Of a stretch of 64,000 bases of DNA, positions 26,572 to 38,900 are shown piece by piece (within the stretch, counting starts at the first letter, position 1; each line of letters opens with the position of its first letter). A model generated the notes under the pieces. That model did no database searches. It worked only from the letters and a program-made list of their open reading frames with translations, and was not told where the DNA came from. The translations under genes and the position numbers were made by a program. The DNA lies in assembly GCA_002269645.1 (NCBI GenBank), contig NIVC01003755.1, forward strand, positions 1-64,000, in the 5' to 3' direction. This DNA is from Macrostomum lignano (taxonomy: Eukaryota).

Positions 26572-27052
26572 TCCAGCATGGGGTCACGCAGCATCCGCTT
26601 GTCCAGCATGGGGTCACGCAGCATCCGCTTGTCCAGCATGGGGTCACGCAGCATCCGCTTGTCCAGCATGGGGTCACGCAGCATCCGCTTGTCCAGCATG
26701 GGGTCACGCAGCATCCGCTTATCGAGCATGGGATCACGCAGCATCCTCTTGTCGAGCATGGGGTCACGCAGCATCCGCTTATCGAGCATGGGATCACGCA
26801 GCATCCTCTTGTCCAGCATGGGATCGCGCAGCATCCTCTTGTCGAGCATGGGGTCACGCAGCATCCTCTTGTCCAGCATGGGATCGCGCAGCATCCTCTT
26901 GTCGAGCATGGGGTCACGCAGCATCCTCTTGTCCAGCATGGGGTCACGCAGCATCCTCTTGTCGAGCATGGGGTCACGCAGCATCCTCTTGTCGAGCATG
27001 GGGTCACGCAACATCCTCTTGTCCAGCATGGGATCGCGCAGCATCCTCTTGT
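26572..27052. repeat. Minisatellite, 30-bp unit (agcatggggtcacgcagcatcctcttgtcc), copy 2
   Basis: Visible tandem array; same unit and orientation as 19935-20382. Confidence 0.95.
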
Positions 27053-28009
27053 GTTTTCCAGAGTGACGAGCGGTTGAAGCCTGAGCTGCAAAGATGCATC
27101 CTAAAAAGTAGCAAGGCAAAATGCGGTTATGTTTCCCGGAGGCTAAAAGTGCAATATAAAAGGCCGATGAAAATTCGACATACCGAGCAGCAGGAACAGT
27201 ACCCAGGAAGGCAGCAGTCGTTGAACCATGATTCCAAAGATATTCGACGACTTCAATTACGCTTCAGAAGAACTGTCTGCTTCAATGGGCCGAGCAGTCT
27301 GTCGCGATCTGGGCAAGATTAAGTAGTCTCGAGAGCGTGGGAAAGTCAAGATGTTTTCGAGCTGTCGTGGAGCAGCTTATCACCCAGATGCAGCAGCTTA
27401 ATGTTAGCAGTGTGATAAAGGTGTTGATTGAGAAAGACGGCCTAGCAGGTGGGGCAAACAGCGGGCCAAAATCAAACAGTGCACCGCGTCAGTCCAGCAT
27501 TGGCTGGCTCTCTTTAAATAATGTCAATGAAAACAGGAGTGCGATGGGGATGGGGAATAGAGGCCCAGGGTCGATTGTCCAGCAGCCAATGGCGGGCCGC
27601 TCCCCACCGAGCTGACAGGTCGGCCAGCCATAGGCTGTCGCAGGCGGAGCTCGAAAGAATTGTTAAATTGAAAATTTTTAAACTCAAGACTGCATTCGAT
27701 TCGAAATTAGATTTCGACATCAAAACACTGTTAACTACAATAGGAAAACAGTAATCAGTATACTTGTCTCAGTTTCAGCCTAAATTTGCTAGAGAACAAA
27801 GAGGCTAAAAATGTAGCAAATAGTGGCCAAAAAGTCTTAGTAAGACAGAGATAGGAATAACTTAATTAATAATTATTCCCAATTGGCATTGTAGCCAGCA
27901 TTACTGTGCGCATTTTGGACACTCGTTTAACAACAGCAGCCAATGGAAATGATGGAGAATGTTCACAATATTCAACATACCGATATGTATCGACCATCAG
28001 TGGATTAGC

Positions 28010-29145
28010 TACCAAACTTACCCTTTATATTCAGCGGATTATCTACCAGCTTTACCCTTGATATTCAGGGGATTATCTACCAGCTTTACCCTTGATATTC
28101 AGCGGCTTATCTACCAGCTTTACCCTTGATATTCAGAGGATTATCTACCAGATTTACCCTTGATATTCAGGGGATTATCTACCAGCTTTACCCTTGATAT
28201 TCAGCGGATTAGCTACCAGATTTACCTTTGATATTCAGCGGATTATCTACCAGATTTACCTTTGATATTCAGCGGCTTATCTACCAGCTTTACCCTTGAT
28301 ATTCAGCGGATTAGCTACCAGATTTACCTTTGATATTCAGCGGATTATCTACCAGATTTACCTTTGATATTCAGAGGATTATCTACCAGATTTACCCTTG
28401 ATATTCAGCGGATTATCTACCAGATTTACCCTTGTTATTTAGCGGATTATCTACCAGCTTTACCCTTGATATTCAGCGGATTATCTACCAGATTTACCTT
28501 TGATATTCAGAGGATTATCTATCAGATTTACCCTTGATATTCAGGGGATTATCTACCAGCTTTACCCTTGGAATTCAGCGGATTATCTACCAGATTTACC
28601 CTTGATATTCAGCGGATTATCTACCAGATTTACCCTAGATATTTAGCGGATTATCTACCAGATTTACCCTTGATATTCAGGGGATTATCTACCAGATTTA
28701 CCCTTGATATTCAGGGGATTATCTATCAGATTTACCCTTGATATTCAGGGGATTATCTACCAGCTTTACCCTTGGAATTCAGCGGATTATCTACCAGATT
28801 TACCCTAGATATTCAGCGGATTATCTACCAGATTTACCCTTGATATTCAGGGGATTATCTACCAGATTTACCCTTGATATTCAGGGGATTATCTACCAGA
28901 TTTACCCTTGATATTCAGCGGATTATCTACCAGCTTTACCCTTGATATTCAGCGGATTATCTACCAGATTTACCCTTGATATTCAGGGGATTATCAACCA
29001 GATTTACCCTTGATATTCAGCGGATTATCTACCAGATTTACCCTAGATATTCAGCGGATTATCTACCAGATTTACCCTTGATATTCACCAAATTAGCTAC
29101 CAGATTTACCCTAGATATTCACCAAATTAGCTAACAAATTTACCC
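28010..29145. repeat. Minisatellite, 34-bp unit (attcagcggattatctaccagatttacccttgat)
   Basis: Visible 34-bp period. Confidence 0.95.
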
Positions 29146-29925
29146 GGCAACCCTTTGATCGGCAGTATAAGATCGGGAAAAATACAAATGAAATCAACTT
29201 GTTAGCGGTAAAAAAGTACAAGGAAAAACTACCCAGTGAAAAAGAGAAATAAAGAGAGAGAGACATTCGTTGGCATCCACTGCCGTGTCATGAAACAGTG
29301 CAGTCGAAAAACGTTCGAGCAACAGGCGGATTTCAATTTCTTCGATACATGGGAATTCGCGCGGCCGAAATCGCACTGTATGAAAATGAAACTGGCATAA
29401 ATAAAAAGTATATGATCAAAAAAACACAGCGCAGTCGAGGGCCTGTCATTGCAAAGAAATCGATCACGAAGTACTACGAGCTACCATAGCTAGTTCAATA
29501 CGCTAAGTAATAAAAAGGCTACTACTATAAAATTAAACAGTAGAAAAACAAATTATTAACGGCTTCGAATATAATCTGATGATACCTGATGATGATGACT
29601 CGTACAGCGGCACAGACGTTCTTGACGTCAGGCATTCAGGCATGTACAGCCAGCCAGCAAGTAAAATCGCTTTCAGTCTAATTAAAACAACTACCGGAAG
29701 TTCAGTTGAGTGCGAAAAACTAATTAACTCTTAACTCTTATAACAAGAACGGATAGACAGTTAATATAAGGAAAGAGACAGGTGCCACAAAACTGAACGA
29801 AATCAGGATCGATATAAAAATCGATAATGTAATACACACTAATGGAATAACAGACCGTCAGTTAAAGAATGCTGAAGAAAATCAATTGGAAATTTAATTG
29901 GCCAACGCCTACTGCAGTGCCAGCG

Positions 29926-32900
29926 CTACACACTTAGGCAGACGTCCAAGAATCCCATGGCGATGTCGTCAACAATGGTGGGATCCGGGATCTTCTGGGC
30001 TGTGCCGTAGATGGCTCCCTGCATGATGAAGGCGGCAGATGTGTTCTGTATGATACCCCTGCTGTGTCCGTCACTGACTGTAGCAACCCCTGCTGTGTCC
30101 CTCACCGACTGTAGCAACCCCTGCTGTGTCCCTCACCGACTGTAGCAACCCCTGCTGTGTCCCTCACCGACTGTAGCAACCCCTGCTGTGTCCCTCACCG
30201 ACTGTAGCAACCCCTGCTGTGTCCCTCACCGACTGTAGCTACCCCTGCTGTGTCCCTCACCGACTGTAGCTACCCCTGCTGTGTCCCTCACCGACTGTAG
30301 CTACCCCTGCTGTGTCCCTCACCGACTGTAGCAACCCCTGCTGTGTCCCTCACCGACTGTAGCTACCCCTGCTGTGTCCCTCACCGACTGTAGCAACCCC
30401 TGCTGTGTCCCTCACCGACTGTAGCTACCCCTGCTGTGTCCGTCACCGACTGTAGCTACCCCCTGCTGTGTCCGTCACCGACTGTAGCTACCCCCTGCTG
30501 TGTCCCTCACCGACTGTAGCAACCCCTGCTGTGTCCCTCACCGACTGTAGCTACCCCTGCTGTGTCCGTCACTGACTGTAGCAACCCCCTGCTGTGTCCG
30601 TCACTGACTGTAGCAACCCCCTGCTGTGTCCGTCACTGACTGTAGCAACCCCCTGCTGTGTCCGTCACTGACTGTAGCAACCCCCTGCTGTGTCCGTCAC
30701 TGACTGTAGCAACCCCCTGCTGTGTCCGTCACCGACTGTAGCTACCCCCTGCTGTTAATGTACTTATTATTGCAAAATTGTTTCAACTGAACATGAAAAC
30801 GTGTCCAATCTGCTCACCATCCCGACGTCCTTGGCGGTGGGATCCTTGAGCAGCGCGGCGGCGGATTCGTGGATATCCTCAATCAGCCGCTCGGCAACGC
30901 CAGGCTGGGTGTGCACATATGTGCAGCAGATGTGGAAACTGCGGATAGAATAGAAAAAATTCCGTAATGAAAGCAGGTAAAGACTCTAATCATTGCAGGC
31001 ATTCGTGTGTAAAATGCGAGTCAAGTACGAGCCTCTATAACCATATTTGGTGCAGAAATTGATATACGTTTTGTGAAGACACGACAGCGAGCCACACAAA
31101 AGCTAACCAGAATCCAGGATTTTAACGGGGGGTCACCTGACCTCCCCTGACCCCCTTCAGATCCGCCAGTGAGTTTAAGCTCCAAGCTTGAGACACTTTT
31201 AAGCAATATAACTATGAAAAAATCAAACGGAAAACTCTGTTTTCCAGAGGATCACAACCCCTTAATTTTGTCCGGGGTCAAGCGACCCCCTTGACCCCCC
31301 CCCTCGGGATCAGTCAGCAAGTTCAAGCTCCGAGAAAAAAATATTTTTGAGCGATATAACTACGAAAAGACAAACCGTTTTTTTTGTTTTCCGGGGGTCA
31401 TGACCTATGAGTAATTTTGTCGAGGGGGGGGTCAACCGACCCCCTTGACCTCCCCTGGATCGACCAGAGTTCTATTCGATAGATGAAAGCTGGAACTGAA
31501 CAAAAATAGCTAGAAGAGTCCGTCCTATTCCCAGGCAGAAGGTCGGGTACTAGCGAAGGAGAAACGGAAAGTCAAATATTGACCCTAAGCTGTGTACTCT
31601 GGCGACTTGAAAAAAGGAAACACGAGATGCCACAAGGCGGCACTACCTGCAGCTGGCAGTTAAGGAAAAATTCTATGAACCCTACCCAACTGCGGTTCAT
31701 ATGCCCGATCGAATTTCTCAATTCCCCTCACCTGGCCGGCTTCTGCAGCATGTTGAGACTCCAGCCTTTCTCTTTGAGCGCGTCCGCCAGGCGGTAGGCG
31801 CTGAAATGGTCGCTGCCGATGCCGATGACGCTCATCTGCGGGTCCCCCATCAGCTTCACGCCCTCGATCTGCTGCACTCTGCCGATCCGTGTATGGGGGG
31901 TGGGGTGCGTTCACCTTCTAGCAACATTAACTGTATGAGGAATGAGAGCACCGAGGATCCATGGGGTGCAGAGGGGAATAAGAGCACCGAGGATCCATGG
32001 GGTGCAGAGGGGAATGAGAGCACCGAGGATCCATGGGGTGCAGAGGGGAATGAGAGCACCGAGGATCCATGGGGTGCAGAGGGGAATGAGAGCACTGAGG
32101 ATCCATGGGGTGCAGAGGGGAATGAGAGCACCGAGGATCCATGGGGTGCAGAGGGGAATGAGAGCACTGAGGATCCGTGGGGTGCAGAGGGAAATGAGAG
32201 CACCGAGGATCCATGGGGTGCAGAGGGGAATGAGAGCACTGAGGATCCGTGGGGTGCAGAGGGAAATGAGAGCACCGAGGATCCATGGGGTGCAGAGGGG
32301 AATGAGAGCACTGAGGATCCGTGGGGTGCAGAGGGGAATGAGAGCACCGAGGATCCATGGGGTGCAGAGGGGAACGAGAGCACTGAGGAATCATGGACTG
32401 ACTCACCCGGCTTTAATCTTGCGCGCAGTTCCGACAATCTTTTTTGTGGCATCGACGTAGCCTTCAAGGCCGAAGTGCAGCAGAGTGGCCCAACAGGCGG
32501 CGATCACGGCGCCAGGACGAGAGCCTGTCCAGTATTTAAAAAAAACTGGGTTTATCAATTAAAGTTAAAGAAATTAGAAAATAATAATACCAATTATCAA
32601 CCCACCCGGCATTGTTGGTGAAGCGTAGAAGCCGCCGCACCAGCCGGTATAGGAGAAAAATTGCTGCTTGCGATATTCGGCGTTGCGGTACAACAGCACT
32701 GAGGAACCTTTCGGTGCGAAAGCGTACTGTGGGGTTAAGGTTAAAAAATGTAGCGTACATGTTTATTGGCGTGTGTACTTTGTGTGGAGTAGGATTCTGT
32801 CCTCCGGAGTGAGGTGGGTCGCTGTGTATTTGGATTCTCTGACTTCGGGAGTGAGGTGGGTCGCTGTGTACATTTGGATTCTCTGACTTTGGGAGTGAGG

Positions 32901-35900
32901 TAGGTCGAAATGTACATTTGGATTCTCTGACTTCGGGAGTGAGGTGGGTCGCTGTATACATTTGGATTCTCTGACATCGAGAGTGAGGTGGGTCGCTGTG
33001 TACATTTGGATTCTCTGACTTCGGGAGTGAGGTGGGTCGCTGTGTACATTTGGATCTCTGTCCTCCGGAATGAGGTGGGTCACTGTGTACATTAGGGTTC
33101 TCTATCCTTACCTTGTGCGTGTCACAAGAAATGCTGGTCACACCAGGCACGCGGAAGTCGACTGGCTCTAGCGGGAAACCGGCCTGTTCCATGAATGGCA
33201 ACAGAAAGCCGCCAAGGCAGGCGTCAACGTGGACTGGCACGCCGTATTTGAGGCCCAGCTAGAGGGTTGGGCGGTGGACATCATTAAGGACGGAATACGT
33301 ACGGATACAAGCAAAATTTCACGTATTCGATCGGCTTTCGATGATTTGCACGAAATTGTTTTATTATACATACATGCGGTTTCATAATACATAATTCACA
33401 GCTAATGACCCTAGGGGACAAGTTTGCTCCCTCACTGCAGTCAGCATTTTTCCCTCGTTATTTATGCAGAAAATGCGTCAGCATAGAAAATAAAACTCTT
33501 AAATAAATTCGGTAACTAAACAAACCAGATGGCCTCAGATTGGACACACAGGAATTCCACCTACTCAATTCCAATTAAGTATGTTTTGCGTGGCAAGCTA
33601 AATTACTGCCTTCGAGGTATAAAAGCTTGAAGCTAAATTTTCCAAGCAGAAACTGCTTTCCGGATTGCGTCTGAGCGCGCATATCGAAGATAGCTGGGAA
33701 GGCTGCATAAGCGCGCAAGCGAATGACAGACAGCAGCAAAAACTGAAAGCTGCAATTTTCGTCGCTTTTTACATCAATAATGTGATTTGATAGCTCAATG
33801 AGGACTCTGGATTTTGTACTCAAACCAATCTTACTCTAATTTCCACTGGACCCTATAAAAATGCGCGCTAACGACAAAACCCCAGATAGAGCAAGGGAAT
33901 CGCCTGAGCCTAAGAATGAATAGAAGAAGTTAGAAGTTAAGCAGCCACTTTGGACAGGAGTTCTCGATTTAAACCTGTTGACACGGTTGTTAAATACTTG
34001 TAGCCCACTTACATGTACTGCGCTTACTAATGACAAAGATCGCTTAACAGAACTTTATTTATTGTTACGTTACTCTTGCAGGTGCTTATTCGACATTTTT
34101 GAGTCACGTGAAGTTCTAATGGACGCCACTAACGCGAGTCAAAACTGTATGCTTATTGGTTATAACTAAACAAAGTCAGTTTTTAGTGGCATTAGTCGAC
34201 TGTAGACGTTCCCAAGTAGAGTAAAAACACTGCCAGTACCAACACAATGATGTTTTAAGGGCTCAAGAAAAAAGCAACGAGGCCCGGAGGATAGAAATGT
34301 AATTAGGAAACATCTGCTACTGTCAAAGGATTTGACAACTGTGCAGAAGACGCAGCGCCTAGTTAGAAAGATCATCGGCTAACTAGAAAGTAGGAATTTT
34401 TAGTAAAACTAGGCGGCTAGCACTCAAGTTGTTCAAATTAAAAATTGATTGTCTTCAAATGAGGTTAGAAATCTCCTAATCTCTAAGAGAAAAAAGGGGG
34501 CAAATCCGATTATTCGGTAAAGACATTGAAATAGAGTGCAGACTAACTCGAACGTCCGCAAAAGCACCGAAAGAAGACGAACGGAAAGAGGTCGACAATC
34601 GGTAGGATGTTAACCAGCTTCACAGGACAGTGAGAGGGTCGCATTGATTGCTCTTAAGATAATGCTTCTAGTTTAAAGACGTTGAGAATTTAGCGATGGT
34701 CAAGCAAAAAAATGTGCCAAAGAGGCAGAGACGATTATATTGGTAAGGCTCAGTCTATGGCTCATGGCTCATCTTTCGTTTCGGTCTATGGCTCATCTCC
34801 TAGTATCAGGCGATTCTTTGTATGTAATCCACGGCATGTGCGACTCCGGCGGAGATAATGGGTGGTTAGACGAAGGTCGGAACTCAGGATAATGGGTGGG
34901 GGCACGAGTGTGCTAAATTCAGCAACGCCTAGATCACGAGTGCGCGTAGCGCACGAGTGTCTATGGTGTTGCTGAATTCAACGCACGAGTGCCCCCACCC
35001 ATTATCCTGAGTTCCGACCTTTGTCTAGCTTCATTGTCGCTCGGAAGTACCATAGACAAAATATTTGGTTGAACCTGTATGGCCATAGGCTGCTTATCAT
35101 AGTTTTTGGCCATAGACTGTTTTCAAAGAAGAAAGGCACAGAGGAGAGAGAGGGTGGAGAAAATGAAAGCTCTCAAATAACCCTGCTACAAGAAAAGCAT
35201 CATGGCAGACCAAGTGCATCTGATTAACTGGGCTAACTTGCCGATTAGTTGTCTCTCTGGTGTCACACGCTCCGAAATGGATTTTATTTCAATGCTATCG
35301 ACTTCGGGAAACGACTTCGCAGTTGACGAAGACCTAGCCACATTTATCAAGTACATCGAAGAGGGAGGAGCAAGTGACGAATTGCCGTTGCTACCGGATG
35401 AAAATGAAGACGTGGAAGAAGTCTCATGCATGACCGAAGGACCGGCAGTGCCGCTCGATATAACTGAAACGATGGCACGCGAAGAAGTTGCAAGTTTGCC
35501 GAGCAAGACTCGGGAGCAGATGTTGGCATACGGCTCAAGTTTTGTCAACTTTCTAGCTGAGCATGGAGCAGCCGTGCACGAATTGACTACTGCCACGCTG
35601 GCAGAGTTTCTGAGGTATTTCTATTTCAAACTACGACGCGCTGACGGAGGCAGCTATTCGCCGTCAAGCCTAGTCTGCATACGTGCTGGAATCCAACGCT
35701 ATTTGACAATGATTGCGGGACTCAACATTAACATTCTTAGCGGAGAAGAATTTTCCGGAGCTAATCGTCTACTGCGGTTCAAAGTCCGTGAGTGGCAATC
35801 CTCAGGAGGTCAGGTTCGACCGTTTCCTCCAATTGAGGAAGGAGACATGCAAAAGCTGCGTCTTTACTTTGACCGCTCAACTGCCGAAGTTACACAGGAC

Positions 35901-38900
35901 GAGATGCTGTTTCGGCTGCTGTACGGACTGGGAGAACGAGGCAGAGAGCACCTTGCGAGCTTGGAGACAAAGGATTGGTTAGAGAAGAAAAGCGACTCAG
36001 ACGGAAGGATATACTACGCACTATCATCGTCGAAGACCAAGAACAGGACAGCTGATCCGGCGAAAGCCAAAAGAGACGTCGAAATCAAGCAGGCCAGGAT
36101 ATATGACACAGCAATTATAGATGAGTATTTGTCTCTCCTGCCTGGTGAAACGAAGGACAATTCTCTGTTCCCAAGACCGCTAAGAAATTCGCCGACTGGA
36201 GCACGGCGGTTTTGTGCTAAGCAGAAGAGAGGCGTAAACTATCTCAACAACTTTATGAAGACGCTGAGTGGGAAGGCCAAGCTATCCAAAGTTTACACCA
36301 ACCACTGCATCAGGCAAATCTCCTTTGCCAAAGGTGTAGCTTAATTTAGCCTTTAGGCAATGCCTCAAGATGCTTACAATTGTGTAATACCGTTTGCCCA
36401 ATATTTTAGAGTCAGCAGGGTGTGCGACTTAGAAGCAGCTGGGCATTCCATGGCCGACATCATGGCGATAACTGGCCAGAAGTGCGAAAAAACCGTTCGC
36501 CGATATCTCTCAATCAGACGTGACAAGGTGCTAAAGAAGTGCAGCGACGCCGTAACCAAGGTACTGGACATGGAGAAAAACACTACACCTGATTCAAACG
36601 GCCATGTTATTACGAGCGCGTGCCCATCAGCCAGTACAACAGATAGCCCAGCAATCAACACGAGCGTGTGCCCAGTCAACATCCAGAGCTCAACGGTCCA
36701 GGAGGCGGTCAACTTCGCAAACGCTCATCCAAATGGCAAGAACATCTTCGTTATGCAAAACTGCACGTTCAACCAATGCAGTCTGTGAGAATTTATGGGC
36801 AACTGACACTATATGCCAAAATTTCAAGAGTATTTCCTAGTTTTTTGTTACCTTTTTGTTACTGTGCATTGTTGTATTGAATTTTATTGTTACTGTGTGG
36901 TATGCTGTTTTCTAAATAAATTGTGGACATTATCCACAAGTCGTGGACATTATCCAGAACTCAAGGACATTATCCAGAAGTGACGCTAGAACCACAGGCT
37001 ATAAAGTGAAATCAAAGTTGCGACAGTTTTTACCATAGACAAAACATTATCTAAAAGCACTGACTAGCGACAATGGGTTATCTCCGCTATCCATGTATAT
37101 CCATCTCGTTGGTTTGTCTAGGGTAGCAGAGTTACGCTACTGATTATCACCGCTCATTTAATACTGGGGGAATAGACGAGGCGCACAGGCAAAGTGGATT
37201 ACATTCGGTTTCGTAATGCTAAGTTACATGCTAAGTAAACGGACATGCAAAGTTAAAAGCCTATAGAACAAATACGCTCGTATGGGTTGGGCCATAGACA
37301 ACACGCAAATTTTTGACTGAGAACAAGCAAGCCTGCAGTTGGACATCCAAACTTGCCATTTATGGCCGCGAAGTTGATCAGGCTTGCCCGATTCCAGGCT
37401 TGATTGTCTTTCATTCGAATTTCTGAGTCAAAAACTAGCTTGTATCATGGAAAAACCAATACTACATTGACAGTAGAAGTATACCAAGGGGTGGGAATCC
37501 CCCAGTTTTTACTGCGATGGAACGGAACAACGCTAGCTTTTTGTTGCGCACCTTCTCAAACAATAATAAAGTCGTAAGCCATCCGGACCGTCGAGATTGT
37601 CGTATCGTGCAACTCAGCGAGTGTACACTGATTGCTCGATGTACTATTCTTTTGACTTTACTGACCAAATCTTTGATTGAGCGCGGTGACCTTTTCTTCT
37701 GTTCTTAGAGTGTGAAATTCTTTTAAACCCATCGTATTATTAAATATGTAGTGCAGTACATGTATGTACGTTGTTATAAGACCCATAGCGCTGATGAATT
37801 TTTCATGCGTTTATTTTTATCATAATATATAAACATCGGCTTGTAAGCTTACTCGTGCTTAAAAAACTGTAGACTTGTTTCAGAGATAGAGTCAACGATT
37901 CTGCCAGGTCCGGATTTTTTCCACAAGCGCTAGTGTAATTCAGTACACCTCTGTTCGCCAATCAGCACTGCGTCTCAGTGCGGCTTTGTAAAGCCTCGAA
38001 ATTTTATCAGCACATCGACCAAACGTATCTCAACATTGACCAAAGGACTTCGTTGGTCAATTGCATTCACCCAAGCGGAGTTTCTGGACCCTCAACAGGT
38101 GGCACCAGGTGACTATGGAGCGTGTTCTTGAATTTCGTGTGCTTGCTTTGCTCCGTTCTGGCGCAGCAAACAAAATTGTCTGTCGAGGGGATTCCCCCGA
38201 TGGTACTTCGACGGGCGGAAATCCTACTTGGTATTCCTTCTATTAAGGCAAGTAGGCGGTAAGTCTACTTAAGCGAAAGACAAGATAAACAGGAAATACA
38301 AGAACTATAAACAATTAATGCGCTTAACTCGAAATAATTCTCGAAAGATTCGAGAACGAAATTTGGGAGCAGATGTTATTGTAATGAAGGCTTATGAGGT
38401 AGTTAGCGCATTAGTTTATTGACTTAAAACACTGAATCATTTAGTCCTTTACGAACTGAATACTCAAACATACGGTGTGACCCCTGAGCGTTAATTATAA
38501 AGGCACAAGATGAAGTATAGTTTACTATTCTTTCATTATGTCGACAAGTTCGTGTGCGAATAAGCATAATCAATCATTCCACAAACTTGTTTCAGTAACA
38601 GAAAAAAACTTGCATATAAATTAGCAAATTTCTACTTAATGAACAGAATTGAAAGCCGAAAACTGGACGAATCTAATTATAATAGATTTTTTTGCAAGTA
38701 CTTTTCTTTAGACTAATGCTGGACTAACAACTTCTGAGATTCGAGAGACCCGGGACTCTCGAAAGATCATGATTATTTAACGAATTATGTTTTCGTTAGC
38801 AAGGTACCGAGATTACCGTGGAGCATGAAGACGGTCTGGAAAAGTGGCTGTCTAGCCTACAGAAGAATACAAAGAAAAAGTATAGAACAGACCAGAAGTA

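Noticed and set aside
36360-36788. Separate 142-aa gene downstream of the recombinase ORF
   Set aside because: It is exon 2 of the recombinase; its apparent start lies inside the GC-AG intron.
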